Shown here in pieces: positions 10,701 through 19,912 of a stretch of DNA of 64,000 nt. The notes below the pieces were generated by a model. The model did not search any database, had not been told where the DNA came from, and was given only the letters and a program-made list of their open reading frames with translations. Position numbers and translations under genes: made by a program. Origin of the DNA: a virus. Its lineage: Duplodnaviria; Caudoviricetes. Positions within the stretch are counted from its first letter, which is position 1; each line of letters begins with the position of its first letter. Location: positions 42,619 through 106,618 of IMG/VR virus record IMGVR_UViG_3300037400_006004. One strand, written 5' to 3'.

Positions 10701-11923
10701 CATTTACTATTAAAAGTATAATTCGTTTAGAAGATGATCAAGATGTAAGTTATGTAAAACTTATTGCTGAAGAACAACCAGATGAAAATGCAACGTCTAA
10801 TGACACATCAACATATAGAAGAGTTATAGATATTGTAAATATGAAAGGACAATTAGGTTATAGTATTTTACAGCATGTTAAATATATGGATAGATTAGCA
10901 GTAATGTTTTATAATGCACGTAGATCTGAAACTCTTCCTAATGATAATAGCACAGAAAATCCAGTAGATATATCTCAATTATCAATTCAATCAGCTATTT
11001 TAACTAGAACTGATAGTGATATTGATAATAATGCTGATTCTAGAGATAATATTGATAACTATGTATTAGCTACTGTTCTTAATAACTCTAATACAGTAAA
11101 AATGTATCAAAATATGTCTAGTATTATGAGCTCAATAGTTCTTTATGATGAAGAAAATGATGAATTTGATATTGAGTTAGTTCCTATGATTTCATTAAGA
11201 TACTATATGGCTAGACCTAAAATGATTTATGATTTACTTACTAAGTTTATAGATATTGTTGATAGTTTACTACCTAGACTTGAAAATAATACTAATTGTG
11301 ATATGAAATTCTATAATACTTACGGTCCTTCAAGATATTTCTATTTTAGTAAAGAAGCTATTACTGAAACAAAATATGTTGATGCTGAAACAGATGAAGA
11401 AGTTGATGTTAATGGTGATGATTTCAATCCTTATAGAAGTACAGTAGTATCTACTAATAATTATACTAAATATAATTATCTAGGTAGAACCGATATTATT
11501 CTTGATTTTACAATTTTTGTAAATGAAAGTGTTACTAATCAAAAGGACGAAGAAATTAAAAAATATATTTCTGACTTTGTAGAAGCTTCTAATGATGAAC
11601 TAATACTTCCAATTTCTAATTTAATTACTTCACTTCAAAATAATTTCCCAATTATCAAGTATATTAAATATAATGGTGTATTTAGTGATATTGTAGATAG
11701 TAATAATTCATCAAAAAATAATGATTATCAATTAATCGATAATGATTTTGATTTTAATGCAATGACTAAAGATGAAATTAGAGTATATGTTCCAGAATAT
11801 CTTAATGTAAAGAAATCTGTTGTTAAGGAAAATGAAGATACTATTAAATATACTAATGATATATTTGATCTTCTTAGATATTCTACTTATGATTATGTAA
11901 TTAATATCACATATAAATTATAA
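7751..11923 (+). CDS. baseplate wedge protein (T4 gp6-like)
   Basis: 1390 aa; FLNTAILPESIYNFAK, TTLGEEGNF and SSGGKN...TRNNIITDND resemble gp6/baseplate-J wedge motifs. Confidence 0.7.
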   Translation: MAVDVTNKIPTVEYSDPSVDTNAKSIIKINSTNYNVYDNWFDFIKKYFGVDQVGNPYINTLKSSFFGYFNELASSEIKNAVYHRNFLYDEHFLNTAILPESIYNFAKQFNVPIDTATPATMFLKIGVTEESLTSSSLLREISIDNENTNKNANTLKLYTLTFTRDNTLFTVGNYNFSLAYPIILTIQQISDEDDNYSYSYAVNYDTTAEHYPFVEATGSLPFLKVWKENVNGVDFVYIGFQVYQFEKRTHEVLITTSEGNPDTLYHTFNFDDQLAFFDAKYEFNGKIADLHLYFNNIYVPTEQEYFAYYTYLNDNCIQMSFSSDQITGFKPSPGSTIYFRTYTTLGEEGNFDYTGGVSMKFTNNTSYSYLDFSCETLVNGSSGGKNRLDTFGQKTKILERITTRNNIITDNDLLKFFDSVNESLNINGSTIQFLKKQDDVIKRIYCNFLLLRDENKRVIPTNTAPHLKIKASDLLPVGDSVASNKGSKTKNKFVLKEHSIIKCNYVRDIPNYNPLTTDPDLVVDNFEDYFDKDDNIRYSQDYIKYILDNNYFQSIIDTKKDSYEIALDNLESIYDIMKFFEVENDELVYTLPFMISIEKEPFLKATYYNMDINTNVQLNYKYLNSKVGASFNISTLSIEKDINPTATNKYSLDSNVYKLSFNLNTNLSYSDLKNRVVVKCILTDAKETKTFGHFFFKLKDVETNKDGVVSYSYKYEAELATDYTFDSGMLNMYNCLYKNSSTSDNFRSQLYRTVPIEEDICFQIGILYYDKNQAQTQTKEEKDDWYYPFPIGFIQTIEDPVDIINAGTGGIPFETCENLTDQSNYYDEGTDKTKWVGYKNVDSVLFLPVDEDASNGSGTLNNNYEFYEDGPFDWNVIIDDKQPYKNSIGKVEYFLNEHNLLDGKIIIKIKDTYPVDNPDADTNHLKLEGYAKIAIPNFVLDVHNYTIEIGHKLFYDEALTNFGNTNDNININKTFDRDGNKYITFTIKSIIRLEDDQDVSYVKLIAEEQPDENATSNDTSTYRRVIDIVNMKGQLGYSILQHVKYMDRLAVMFYNARRSETLPNDNSTENPVDISQLSIQSAILTRTDSDIDNNADSRDNIDNYVLATVLNNSNTVKMYQNMSSIMSSIVLYDEENDEFDIELVPMISLRYYMARPKMIYDLLTKFIDIVDSLLPRLENNTNCDMKFYNTYGPSRYFYFSKEAITETKYVDAETDEEVDVNGDDFNPYRSTVVSTNNYTKYNYLGRTDIILDFTIFVNESVTNQKDEEIKKYISDFVEASNDELILPISNLITSLQNNFPIIKYIKYNGVFSDIVDSNNSSKNNDYQLIDNDFDFNAMTKDEIRVYVPEYLNVKKSVVKENEDTIKYTNDIFDLLRYSTYDYVINITYKL

Positions 11924-11971
11924 AAAAAAAGAGATAGGATGTACAGTCCTATCTCTTTTTTTTAAACCCTA

Positions 11972-12286
11972 TTATCCCATATATTCTTCGGGATAGAAAG
12001 CCTTCAGGATATTCTCCTGAAACCAGCTTTCAGGGTAAACACCTAAAGTTTTTAAAAGCTTTGGTGTTTCTTCATCTTTGATTTCGTCGGGCCATTCCTG
12101 GAACTGATAGCCATAGAAGCCGAAACCTCTACGAATATCTTCTGAGGAAGGATACACCCCTCCAAAATGGTCTCTAGACTGCATTGGCATTCCAGAGACA
12201 ACTAACCGTGCAATATATACACGGTTAGATTCATCTACCTGCAGATGAAGACTGCAGGTTTCTGACATCGTTATAGTTTTATCCAT
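11972..12286 (-). CDS. hypothetical early protein
   Basis: 104 aa; SD AAGGAGG; early motif at 12366-12378; higher GC than flanking genes; terminator at about 11930-11956. Confidence 0.75.
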   Translation of the reverse strand: MDKTITMSETCSLHLQVDESNRVYIARLVVSGMPMQSRDHFGGVYPSSEDIRRGFGFYGYQFQEWPDEIKDEETPKLLKTLGVYPESWFQENILKAFYPEEYMG

Positions 12287-12436
12287 AATATACCTCCTTA
12301 TGGATTCTCACTGGGTTAAGTTTACTATGATGTGAGAAATCAATAGTAACTTTTTTTACATAATAATAATACATATTTAGAAATATACTTTAAAACAAAA
12401 AGTTATAATTTTTATAGAAAAGTGAGGTGTATTGAA

Positions 12437-13285
12437 ATGCAACATTTTCATGAGGAAAAAATTTTAAGTACTTATAATACTAAAGCTGCTCAAAAAAGAA
12501 GAGAGCGTGCTGCTAAAACACAGGAATTGTTAGAGTCATTTGATGCTTTAAGAGAGACAGATGATATAATTGAAGCTAGAAAAGAAAAAGCTTTAAAGGA
12601 AAGTATGTATCAAACATTTGCTACTAGAAGACAAATGGAAAGAAATAATACATATGAATTAAATCAAAAGAATAATTATATTAATGAACAGATTGATAAT
12701 CTCGCTAGAGATTTATTCTTCTATACTGTTTATGAATCTCTCTTAGTTGATGAACCAATTAAAAATGCTAATTATCAATATATTCGTGAACACACTAATG
12801 AATTCTATGATCTTTGTAATAAAAATCAAATGATTTCAGTTAAAGAAGATAGTGGATTTGATGATATTCTTCAAACTGGTATTTATATGCTTAAGGAAGA
12901 ATTAATTGATAATAACAGTTGTGATTTAGGTAGAGTACTTCAAGAAACAGTTGAGAAAGAGAATTTCTTAACTTTCTATGCAATAGAATCTATTAAATTT
13001 AAGACTGCTGAGAGTCTTAAGAATGAGAAGCAAGCTTCTATTTTAAAGGAACAGTTAATTAGCGAAGACAAGTATGTTGATCCTTCTAAGTCTTTATTTA
13101 GATATCTTTTTGAAAATAATATTAGAGATACTATTGATAAAACAAATGTAACTGAACCTGAAAGCCTACAAGATATGGCTATGCTAGAAACTATTCTAGA
13201 TTACACTATTATGGAAGCTGCAAATACTCTACAGCTAGTTGAATTTACTAATCTTAAGTCTATTTGCAATAGTAAATCTAATTAA
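12437..13285 (+). CDS. putative head/inner-body or scaffold-like protein
   Basis: Start MQHF; AACA-N6-TATA at 12394; helical and Glu-rich with many L/I-x-E sites and a YLFEN motif. Confidence 0.4.
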   Translation: MQHFHEEKILSTYNTKAAQKRRERAAKTQELLESFDALRETDDIIEARKEKALKESMYQTFATRRQMERNNTYELNQKNNYINEQIDNLARDLFFYTVYESLLVDEPIKNANYQYIREHTNEFYDLCNKNQMISVKEDSGFDDILQTGIYMLKEELIDNNSCDLGRVLQETVEKENFLTFYAIESIKFKTAESLKNEKQASILKEQLISEDKYVDPSKSLFRYLFENNIRDTIDKTNVTEPESLQDMAMLETILDYTIMEAANTLQLVEFTNLKSICNSKSN

Positions 13286-13326
13286 TTATAAATCCCTAAT
13301 ACCTTTTAGGTATTAGGGATATTTTA

Positions 13327-14157
13327 TTAAATATAAATATGGTATCTAATATTAAAGGATGATAATAACTTCTTAGAAAGAGAAATTTCGTCAAATGTTA
13401 ATCTACTTGCAAGAGTAATACTATTAGTGTCAATATCAGTAATTAAACCAGATTGACCGATTTCACAATATGCTAACACTAAACCAATTTCACTAAAAGA
13501 TTTACCAATTAAATCATAAGAACCAATGCTAAATTTAATAATATACTCAACTTCAAAATTTTCAGTATTAATCTTTAATTCAGAATTAGTTGTATTAATA
13601 GCTTTACAATAATAATTATCTTGATCCTGAAAGCTTGCTGGAGAGAAATACTTAATAGTACTATTAGCATCTCTAATAATATAATCTTGATTAAAAGATT
13701 CTGAATTAATATTAATAAATTCATCAATATTTTGATAACTTCCTGCTGTATTTAATAAAGTTCCTCCTGCATCTGCAACAGAAATCATAGGAACTGGAAT
13801 AAAGCTAGTAGTATTATTATCTAAATCAGGTGTTTCAATAAAATTATCAGTAGGTGAAGGAACTCTTAAAATACTGGGATTACTAATATTAGCTCCATTG
13901 TTACCAAACATAAAACCGCATATAGTTGGTACATAATTTTCTTTACCTTCTGTTTTTTCAGGAAGATAAGTACCTGCAACTGTTTGAAGAATTTTTTCAT
14001 CTTTGAAAAGATTATATAAAATAGCAAGTCTTGTTGATAAAAGAATTAAATTATTTATTTTTTTAATTAAATTTCCTTTATCATCAAAAATTTCTACCAT
14101 ACCTCTTATTGGTTTATGTTCTAAATCATATTCTCTAAAATTAAGTGGTGATGACAT
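13327..14157 (-). CDS. putative baseplate/tail structural protein
   Basis: Start MSSPL; AACT-N6-TATA at 14186-14199; NNLILL...FSEIGL...SRLTF pattern typical of myophage baseplate/fibre-attachment proteins (inference). Confidence 0.45.
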   Translation of the reverse strand: MSSPLNFREYDLEHKPIRGMVEIFDDKGNLIKKINNLILLSTRLAILYNLFKDEKILQTVAGTYLPEKTEGKENYVPTICGFMFGNNGANISNPSILRVPSPTDNFIETPDLDNNTTSFIPVPMISVADAGGTLLNTAGSYQNIDEFININSESFNQDYIIRDANSTIKYFSPASFQDQDNYYCKAINTTNSELKINTENFEVEYIIKFSIGSYDLIGKSFSEIGLVLAYCEIGQSGLITDIDTNSITLASRLTFDEISLSKKLLSSFNIRYHIYI

Positions 14158-14262
14158 AATAAAACCTTCTTTCAATATAGTTTTTTATAATATTAAGTTA
14201 GTTTTATATTTAAATGTAAAACTAACATATTTGTATAATAAACTATTTAAGGAGAAAAATTA

Positions 14263-14889
14263 ATGGGTATTGCTGAAAAAACGGTAAGAAAGAAAAATGA
14301 AAAAATAAAAAAAGCGAATGTAACTATTATTGATTATAATGATGATGCACTTTATTATGATCGAGAATCAAAAGAGCATTTAAAAGCTGTATCTATTGGT
14401 ATTGGTATAGATCAATGTATTGAACCTCAAATGAGACCTAGAAAAGGTGGATTTGGTAATTTGTATGATCCATTGGAGAAATACAAGAATATATTAAGAG
14501 AAAAAGTAAAAGAACAATTGGAAATAAATAATATAAAAATTGATATAAGTGAAGATAAATATATTAAAAGTACAATTGTAGTAATTAAAGAACCTCCATC
14601 AACTCTTACTAAAAAAGAAAAGTTATACGCTTTACTAGGAAAATTTAAATTTAATAAAAAACCAGATATTGATAACTGTGTAAAAACTATTTATGATAGC
14701 TTCGAAAAAATATTCTTTTTTAATGATAGCCAAGTAACTACAGAAACTTTTACAAAAAGATATGGTACACATGATTTTACTAAAATATATTTAGATATAT
14801 TTGATCAACCAAAAATTACTGGAAGACTTACTAAAAAAGAATTAGAGAAATATCCAGAAGAAATCATAAATTATATAAATAATACTTAA
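14263..14889 (+). CDS. rusA: RusA-family Holliday junction resolvase
   Basis: RPR motif and KKPDIDNCVKTIYDS...NDSQV catalytic signature. Confidence 0.85.
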   Translation: MGIAEKTVRKKNEKIKKANVTIIDYNDDALYYDRESKEHLKAVSIGIGIDQCIEPQMRPRKGGFGNLYDPLEKYKNILREKVKEQLEINNIKIDISEDKYIKSTIVVIKEPPSTLTKKEKLYALLGKFKFNKKPDIDNCVKTIYDSFEKIFFFNDSQVTTETFTKRYGTHDFTKIYLDIFDQPKITGRLTKKELEKYPEEIINYINNT

Positions 14890-14913
14890 AAATATGGAAG
14901 GAATGACTTAATT

Positions 14914-15390
14914 ATGGCAAATAATTTAGATGAACTTTTTACTGATGAAGATAGAAATGAGTTAGAACAAATTCAAAAAATGAGAAAAAATATTCTTAAG
15001 AATATTGGAATTGCTAATTTTATTGATCTTATTAGAAATCTTATTGATGATTCAGAGCATTATGAATTTACTTCAGCTGCTAAACGAAAATTTATTAGTA
15101 TTAATACACCAATTTTTACTATTAGAAAAAAAGATTTTGTCTATAATGAAAAAGATTATAGAACTCAAGGAAATAAAGATGATAAGATTAATGAAATTAC
15201 TAAAGAAATCACTAAAGAAATTTTAGATAAAACTACTACAGCTATTCTTAATATCATTAATAGTGATGAAGAACTTAAAAAAATTTATGGAGATATTAAT
15301 GAAACTTTAAGAGGACTTATGTGGACTACTGTATTTGAAATTAGAGTTTCATTACAAGATAATATCATTTATATGAGATATTGTATTTAA
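14914..15390 (+). CDS. hypothetical protein
   Basis: 158 aa ORF; SD GGAAGG. Confidence 0.75.
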   Translation: MANNLDELFTDEDRNELEQIQKMRKNILKNIGIANFIDLIRNLIDDSEHYEFTSAAKRKFISINTPIFTIRKKDFVYNEKDYRTQGNKDDKINEITKEITKEILDKTTTAILNIINSDEELKKIYGDINETLRGLMWTTVFEIRVSLQDNIIYMRYCI

Positions 15391-15644
15391 AATTCTTAGA
15401 AAAGATAATCTAAATGCAATTAATAGATTTATAGATTCTTATAATCTAGATATTTCTTGTAATAAGTAAGGCTATTAAGTGGTATTGCACTTGAAAATTA
15501 CCAGAATGTGATTATATATATTTTATTAAAGGACGGTCTAAATCAAGAAGTTATATTGTTGAAATGTAGTAGCTAAAACTACATATACCAAGTCTTTAAA
15601 AAATAAAAATTATTCCCTATAGGTTTAAAACCTATAGGGAATAA

Positions 15645-15805
15645 TTTAGAAATATTAACCCAACCAGTAACATACTTATCAAAAGGAATTTTACCCACAT
15701 ACTCAATAGTATTAGTTATTCTATTTCTCTTTGTACTTCATTATAATCATATCCAGCTTCAGTAAGAAGTCTTCTTCTTTTTTCGCCATTACTCCATTTA
15801 CCTTC
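15645..15805 (-). pseudogene. remnant CW_7 (Cpl-7) repeat and SH3-like fragment of the endolysin
   Basis: In frame after the TAG: EGKWSNGEKRRRLLTEAGYDYNEVQREIE*; then, in a shifted frame, RITNTIEYVGKIPFDKYVTGWVNISK. Confidence 0.7.
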
Positions 15806-16525
15806 CTATATTTCGTTAGCAATTTCTTCAACAAGTTTTTCAGATTTAATTGATTGATGATTTGGATCAGCAAAAGAAACACCAATAATTTTTGGATAAT
15901 CTTTAAAAGAGTAATCCGTATATACTGCTCCACATTTGTCACATCCTGGAATTTTTCCAGATCTAGTGCATTCGGAAGTATTACCAATAATAGCATACTG
16001 CCAACAACTCCATTCATTAGGAGAACAATTACCCATAGAAGTTGACCATTTTGCTAACCATTTTTCATATGGAATTTCAGCCATATTAAATCTATTAATA
16101 GCTGAATAGGAAGTATATATACCTGCTTTATAGCCAGCAGCTTCTACTGTTTTACACCAATTATTAACCATATTAGTTAATGTAGCTTTACTAACACCAT
16201 TTACTAAAGATGTCTTAGGATCTTCAACATCATAATAGCATGGGAATGAGAATTTCTTTTCTTTAATTACAGAAAGAAATGCATTAGCTTCTACAATACC
16301 ATCTTCAGGAGTATTTGCATAACTAAACCAATAACAACCTACTTCTAATCCTGCTTCAGTTGCTTTCTTATAATATTCTTCAAATCTATTATCTTTTTGG
16401 CTAGCAACTCTACCATAACCTGTTCTAAGAATGACAAAATTGTATCCTCCTGCTTTTAATTTTTTAAAATTTACAGTTCCATTCCACTGTGAGAGGTCTA
16501 CACCATTATATAAGATATCTGACAT
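15806..16525 (-). CDS. GH25 muramidase (endolysin); C-terminal binding domain cut by TAG
   Basis: GVDLSQWNG, FVILRTGYG, GCYWFSYA, YYDVED and WQY GH25 motifs; late motif at 16553-16564. Confidence 0.9.
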   Translation of the reverse strand: MSDILYNGVDLSQWNGTVNFKKLKAGGYNFVILRTGYGRVASQKDNRFEEYYKKATEAGLEVGCYWFSYANTPEDGIVEANAFLSVIKEKKFSFPCYYDVEDPKTSLVNGVSKATLTNMVNNWCKTVEAAGYKAGIYTSYSAINRFNMAEIPYEKWLAKWSTSMGNCSPNEWSCWQYAIIGNTSECTRSGKIPGCDKCGAVYTDYSFKDYPKIIGVSFADPNHQSIKSEKLVEEIANEI

Positions 16526-16650
16526 AAAAAATCACTCCTAAACAAAATAAAATAAATTATTGTTGGATGTAAGAAAATTATATAAAACTTAAGTAAAATA
16601 TGAAAAAAAAATATGAGAGAACCCTATAAAGAGTTCTCTCATACTCGCTC

Positions 16651-16956
16651 TTACATGGTAAACACTTTTGTAAGAACGATATAAAAGTTTTCGATGAGGC
16701 TACGAAAAGTGATAGTAGCCTCAACTATGTATAAGAATGGAAGAATCATAAACAACATTGATCCGTCCAAGAAGAAAACTGCTATCTTCCTTAACAGTTT
16801 TCCGAAGCCAATCTTATTGGCTTTGTCGCCATAGATACCTATGGCGACAATTGCTATTGCAAGACCCATAAGGCCGACTGCAATAGCAGCGTAAAATGAT
16901 GCTGATGAGGCAAATGCAATTGCCTCATCAGCATCATTGAAAAATGAAATTTTCAT
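16651..16956 (-). CDS. early membrane protein (2 predicted TM helices)
   Basis: Start MKISFF (SD GAAAGGAG); two hydrophobic segments; early motif at 17006-17018. Confidence 0.7.
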   Translation of the reverse strand: MKISFFNDADEAIAFASSASFYAAIAVGLMGLAIAIVAIGIYGDKANKIGFGKLLRKIAVFFLDGSMLFMILPFLYIVEATITFRSLIENFYIVLTKVFTM

Positions 16957-17070
16957 GCTATCGTCTCCTTTCTTGTCCTTGTCCGTATTAGTTGATAGCA
17001 CAATTATAATACATTTTTAAGCTATTAATTTGTTACGGTTTTCTCTTTTTCTAAAATAATCTGAAGAATC

Positions 17071-17286
17071 TCAAGGATTGCATCTTTCATGTCGTTCATT
17101 GTCATCCACCTCCACTACATTAATATCAAGATCTTCGTTAATATGTGTCTCTAGTTTGTCTGGAATAAATTGATCGTGTACTACTTGTTCCCAATCAACC
17201 TCTTCATTTTCATCTTCTACTTCTGTCTCAAGGTCAACATAATACGTAAGAGTTTCGATTACCATTACCTGCTTTTTTACTTTCAT
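17071..17286 (-). CDS. hypothetical acidic protein
   Basis: Start MKVKK with SD AAGGAGG. Confidence 0.7.
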   Translation of the reverse strand: MKVKKQVMVIETLTYYVDLETEVEDENEEVDWEQVVHDQFIPDKLETHINEDLDINVVEVDDNERHERCNP

Positions 17287-17329
17287 TAATATTCCTCCTT
17301 TGAATAAAAATTGGGTTAAGGATTTCTCC

Positions 17330-17689
17330 TTAACCCAATAAATTATCGAGATCATTAAAGTTTCTTAATTGAGGATTTGGATCTTCCTGAACTGGAAGTT
17401 CCGCATCTAGCTTCTTTTCAGCTAAGCGAGTTCTCTCTTCTTGCTTTGTCTCGAAATAAGCTTTACATAAATAACCTAAAATAGCTGCAATAAGACATCT
17501 AATTATTTCCGTACTGACATCTGTTACTGTATTTGAATCACCATACTTAATTAATGCAATTGTAGCTAATACATAAGACCAAGTGACCCAAATGACCGAT
17601 AGCCATAAAACGAGAATTATTAGTCTTTTTGTAAAGGTTAAATATGTATCTTTTTTCTTACTTGAAGTTGATTTCTTAACTTGTTTCAT
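17330..17689 (-). CDS. holin-like two-TM membrane protein
   Basis: Basic N-terminus, two TM segments, charged tail; AACA-N6-TATA at 17713-17726; near the endolysin. Confidence 0.45.
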   Translation of the reverse strand: MKQVKKSTSSKKKDTYLTFTKRLIILVLWLSVIWVTWSYVLATIALIKYGDSNTVTDVSTEIIRCLIAAILGYLCKAYFETKQEERTRLAEKKLDAELPVQEDPNPQLRNFNDLDNLLG

Positions 17690-17782
17690 ATTATCACATC
17701 CTTTACAATATTTATAAAAGGATGTTCAAATAATGAAAAAATATAGGTGATAACAAAAGTTATCACCTATATTATAATTTAT

Positions 17783-18154
17783 TTAATCTTCAAATCTATC
17801 TCCGTTTATGTTGATAGTATCAGAGATTTCTCCTGTTACTTCTCTAACGTATTTTGTAAACTTTTCAGCCCACTTAGCATATTTCTTATATGCCTTTTCT
17901 CTTGCTACTCGTCTTCCTATGGAGCGATTGAATGTATCGCCTTCTGCACATTTAGAATATGCAGTAAAACTTTCTGGAACATATAAAATTTTTGGAAGTG
18001 GCTTAGACATATACTTAGGATTTGATTCTCTAAGAATACTTCTTACACTTTCACAGATTGCTTCAGCTTTCCAGCAGTCTAGCATCTGAAGCTCGCACTT
18101 AGTTGTACCAGTCTTTTCAGACACACCGTAAACCTCTCTGAACTTGAACTTCAT
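17783..18154 (-). CDS. hypothetical early phage protein
   Basis: Start MKFKF; SKCAEGDTFNRSIGRRVAREKA resembles a widespread phage motif; early motif at 18208-18220. Confidence 0.7.
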   Translation of the reverse strand: MKFKFREVYGVSEKTGTTKCELQMLDCWKAEAICESVRSILRESNPKYMSKPLPKILYVPESFTAYSKCAEGDTFNRSIGRRVAREKAYKKYAKWAEKFTKYVREVTGEISDTININGDRFED

Positions 18155-18279
18155 AAATATTTCTCCTTTAATTAAAATTTTTAGTGTATGAAAATTCATA
18201 CACTAAAATAATATATATTTATTTTATTCATTGGAAAACAAAGCCTTATTAATATAATAAAATAAAAGGAGTGAGAATA

Positions 18280-18987
18280 ATGCTTACTGCAACAAGAATA
18301 ATTCAAAGATTAGAAAAAAAGCTTGGATACAAATTCATGGATTTAGAAATATCACATGAAGAAATTATTGAAAATATCAAAGATGAAACATTAAGAACTT
18401 TTTCTAAATATTTTCCTTATCAAGAAACATGTGTTATAGATCCAGAAAACAGGGTAGAACCTTATGAAAATAGATTCTATATTAAAACTCAAAATGAATG
18501 TGTTGGAATAAATAGGCTTATTGGTGGAAGCTTATTAGGTGCTAATTATATTACTGGTTTACTTCATCCTGTAGCGGCAGATATGTTGTTAGGTGATCCA
18601 ATTTCAAGACAATTAAATATTGATTTGATGTCTTTTACTTCAAATCCTATTACCTTTAAATATGTAGAACCAGGTATGATTGAAATCTATCCAGTTTATA
18701 ATAATGTAAGAAGTTATCTTATTGTGGCAAATACTGTTCATCCAGATCATTTTGGAACTATTCCAGTTAATCTTGAAGATGAATTTATGAAATATGCTTT
18801 AGCAGATACACAATCTACATTATATATGATGAGAAATAGATTTCAAAATATTCAAACACCTTATGGTAACATTGAAATGTTCATAGACCAATTACAAGGT
18901 GCTGAAGATAAAAAGGAACAGATTGAAGAAAGATGGAGAAATAATTCTCATAAGAATTCTACTAGAAAAAAAATTTTTGTAGGATAA
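18280..18987 (+). CDS. neck / head-tail connector protein (T4 gp13-like)
   Basis: RLEKKLG...LEIS N-terminus and FMKYALADTQ...RNRFQNIQTPYGNIEM C-terminus parallel gp13; late motif at 18237. Confidence 0.6.
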   Translation: MLTATRIIQRLEKKLGYKFMDLEISHEEIIENIKDETLRTFSKYFPYQETCVIDPENRVEPYENRFYIKTQNECVGINRLIGGSLLGANYITGLLHPVAADMLLGDPISRQLNIDLMSFTSNPITFKYVEPGMIEIYPVYNNVRSYLIVANTVHPDHFGTIPVNLEDEFMKYALADTQSTLYMMRNRFQNIQTPYGNIEMFIDQLQGAEDKKEQIEERWRNNSHKNSTRKKIFVG

Positions 18988-18998
18988 GGAGGGTTATT

Positions 18999-19214
18999 AT
19001 GATTAGTAAGGAAGAATATTTAAGAAAAATTAAAAATTCCAAATATTATAAATATGCTGATGATAAAGAAGAAATACTAGCTGATGCTGAAAGAATATGG
19101 GAAAGACGTTATGAAAAAAATAAACAACATAATAAATTTGAAAGAAAATTAAAATCACCGATAACATATGTAAAATTACATAAAGCTAAAAATTTAGATG
19201 ATTTAGATATTTAA
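18999..19214 (+). CDS. small basic protein, paralog of the N-terminus of the 19913 ORF
   Basis: MISKEEYLRKIK...ILADA versus MISREEYLKRVK...ILADA. Confidence 0.75.
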   Translation: MISKEEYLRKIKNSKYYKYADDKEEILADAERIWERRYEKNKQHNKFERKLKSPITYVKLHKAKNLDDLDI

Positions 19215-19238
19215 TAATTTTAGAAAGGAATGATTTTT

Positions 19239-19898
19239 ATGAATTATAGAGATTTTTTAGTAGATAATTTAGAAAATGAAGGATTTTTAAATGAAGGAAA
19301 AGGTGACAGTAGAAGAAATAGACGAAAAGGACATAAGAACAAAAATAATAAACCTAATCCCACTCCTAAACCTACTCCTAAACCTACTCCTACTCCAAAA
19401 CCTACTCCTAAACCAAATCCTAAACCTACTCCTACTCCTACTCCAAAACCTACTCCTAAACCAAATCCTAATCCTAATCCTAAACCTAATCCCACTCCAA
19501 AACCTAATCCAAAACCAAATCCTAATCCAAATAAAACCAAAATAGAAAATGTAACTAAATCTAGTAAAGATGAAGATAAAAAGGGATTTAAAAAATGGAG
19601 TGAATTTTCAGATGAAGATAAACAAAAATTAAAGAAAGATGCAAAAGTAGCAGGAGCTATTCTTGGAGGAACTGCTTTAGCTAGTGTTGGAATTAATCAT
19701 ATTATAAAGAGACAGAATAAAGAATATGATGATGATGAAGCATTAACTAAAGAAGAAAAGAAAGAATTAAAAGAAGCATATGAATATTTATTTGAAAATT
19801 TCTCTGAAGTAGATGTTTCTATTTTAGAAATGTTAGATGAATATGATTTTATGGTATTAGATGAAATTTCAGAAGGTTATAACAGATTTGAAGATTAA
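19239..19898 (+). CDS. modular Lys/Pro-rich protein (putative internal head protein)
   Basis: Acidic leader ending [12 protein letters not shown] repeat, Gly/Ala helix, acidic tail with YLFENFSE and SEGY. Confidence 0.6.
   Translation: MNYRDFLVDNLENEGFLNEGKGDSRRNRRKGHKNKNNKPNPTPKPTPKPTPTPKPTPKPNPKPTPTPTPKPTPKPNPNPNPKPNPTPKPNPKPNPNPNKTKIENVTKSSKDEDKKGFKKWSEFSDEDKQKLKKDAKVAGAILGGTALASVGINHIIKRQNKEYDDDEALTKEEKKELKEAYEYLFENFSEVDVSILEMLDEYDFMVLDEISEGYNRFED
19348..19530 (+). repeat. coding tandem repeat (KPTP/KPNP)n
   Basis: Degenerate 6/12-bp units (CCTACT, CCTAAA, CCTAAT, CCAAAA) encoding about 60 aa with Pro at every second residue. Confidence 0.95.
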
Positions 19899-19912
19899 GA
19901 AAGGAGATTATT

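Noticed and set aside
5972-11971. Complementary words (TACAGTCCT, TTTAAACCCTA) between the 5743 leader and the 11972 3' end
   Set aside because: Their order is incompatible with a collinear antisense duplex; likely chance
19348-19530. Possible CRISPR array or iteron cluster
   Set aside because: Units are 6-12 bp, have no unique spacers and are in frame within a Pro-rich CDS
19244-19545. ORFs 19244-19540 (-) and 19291-19545 (+)
   Set aside because: Shadow frames of the KPTP repeat with no RBS
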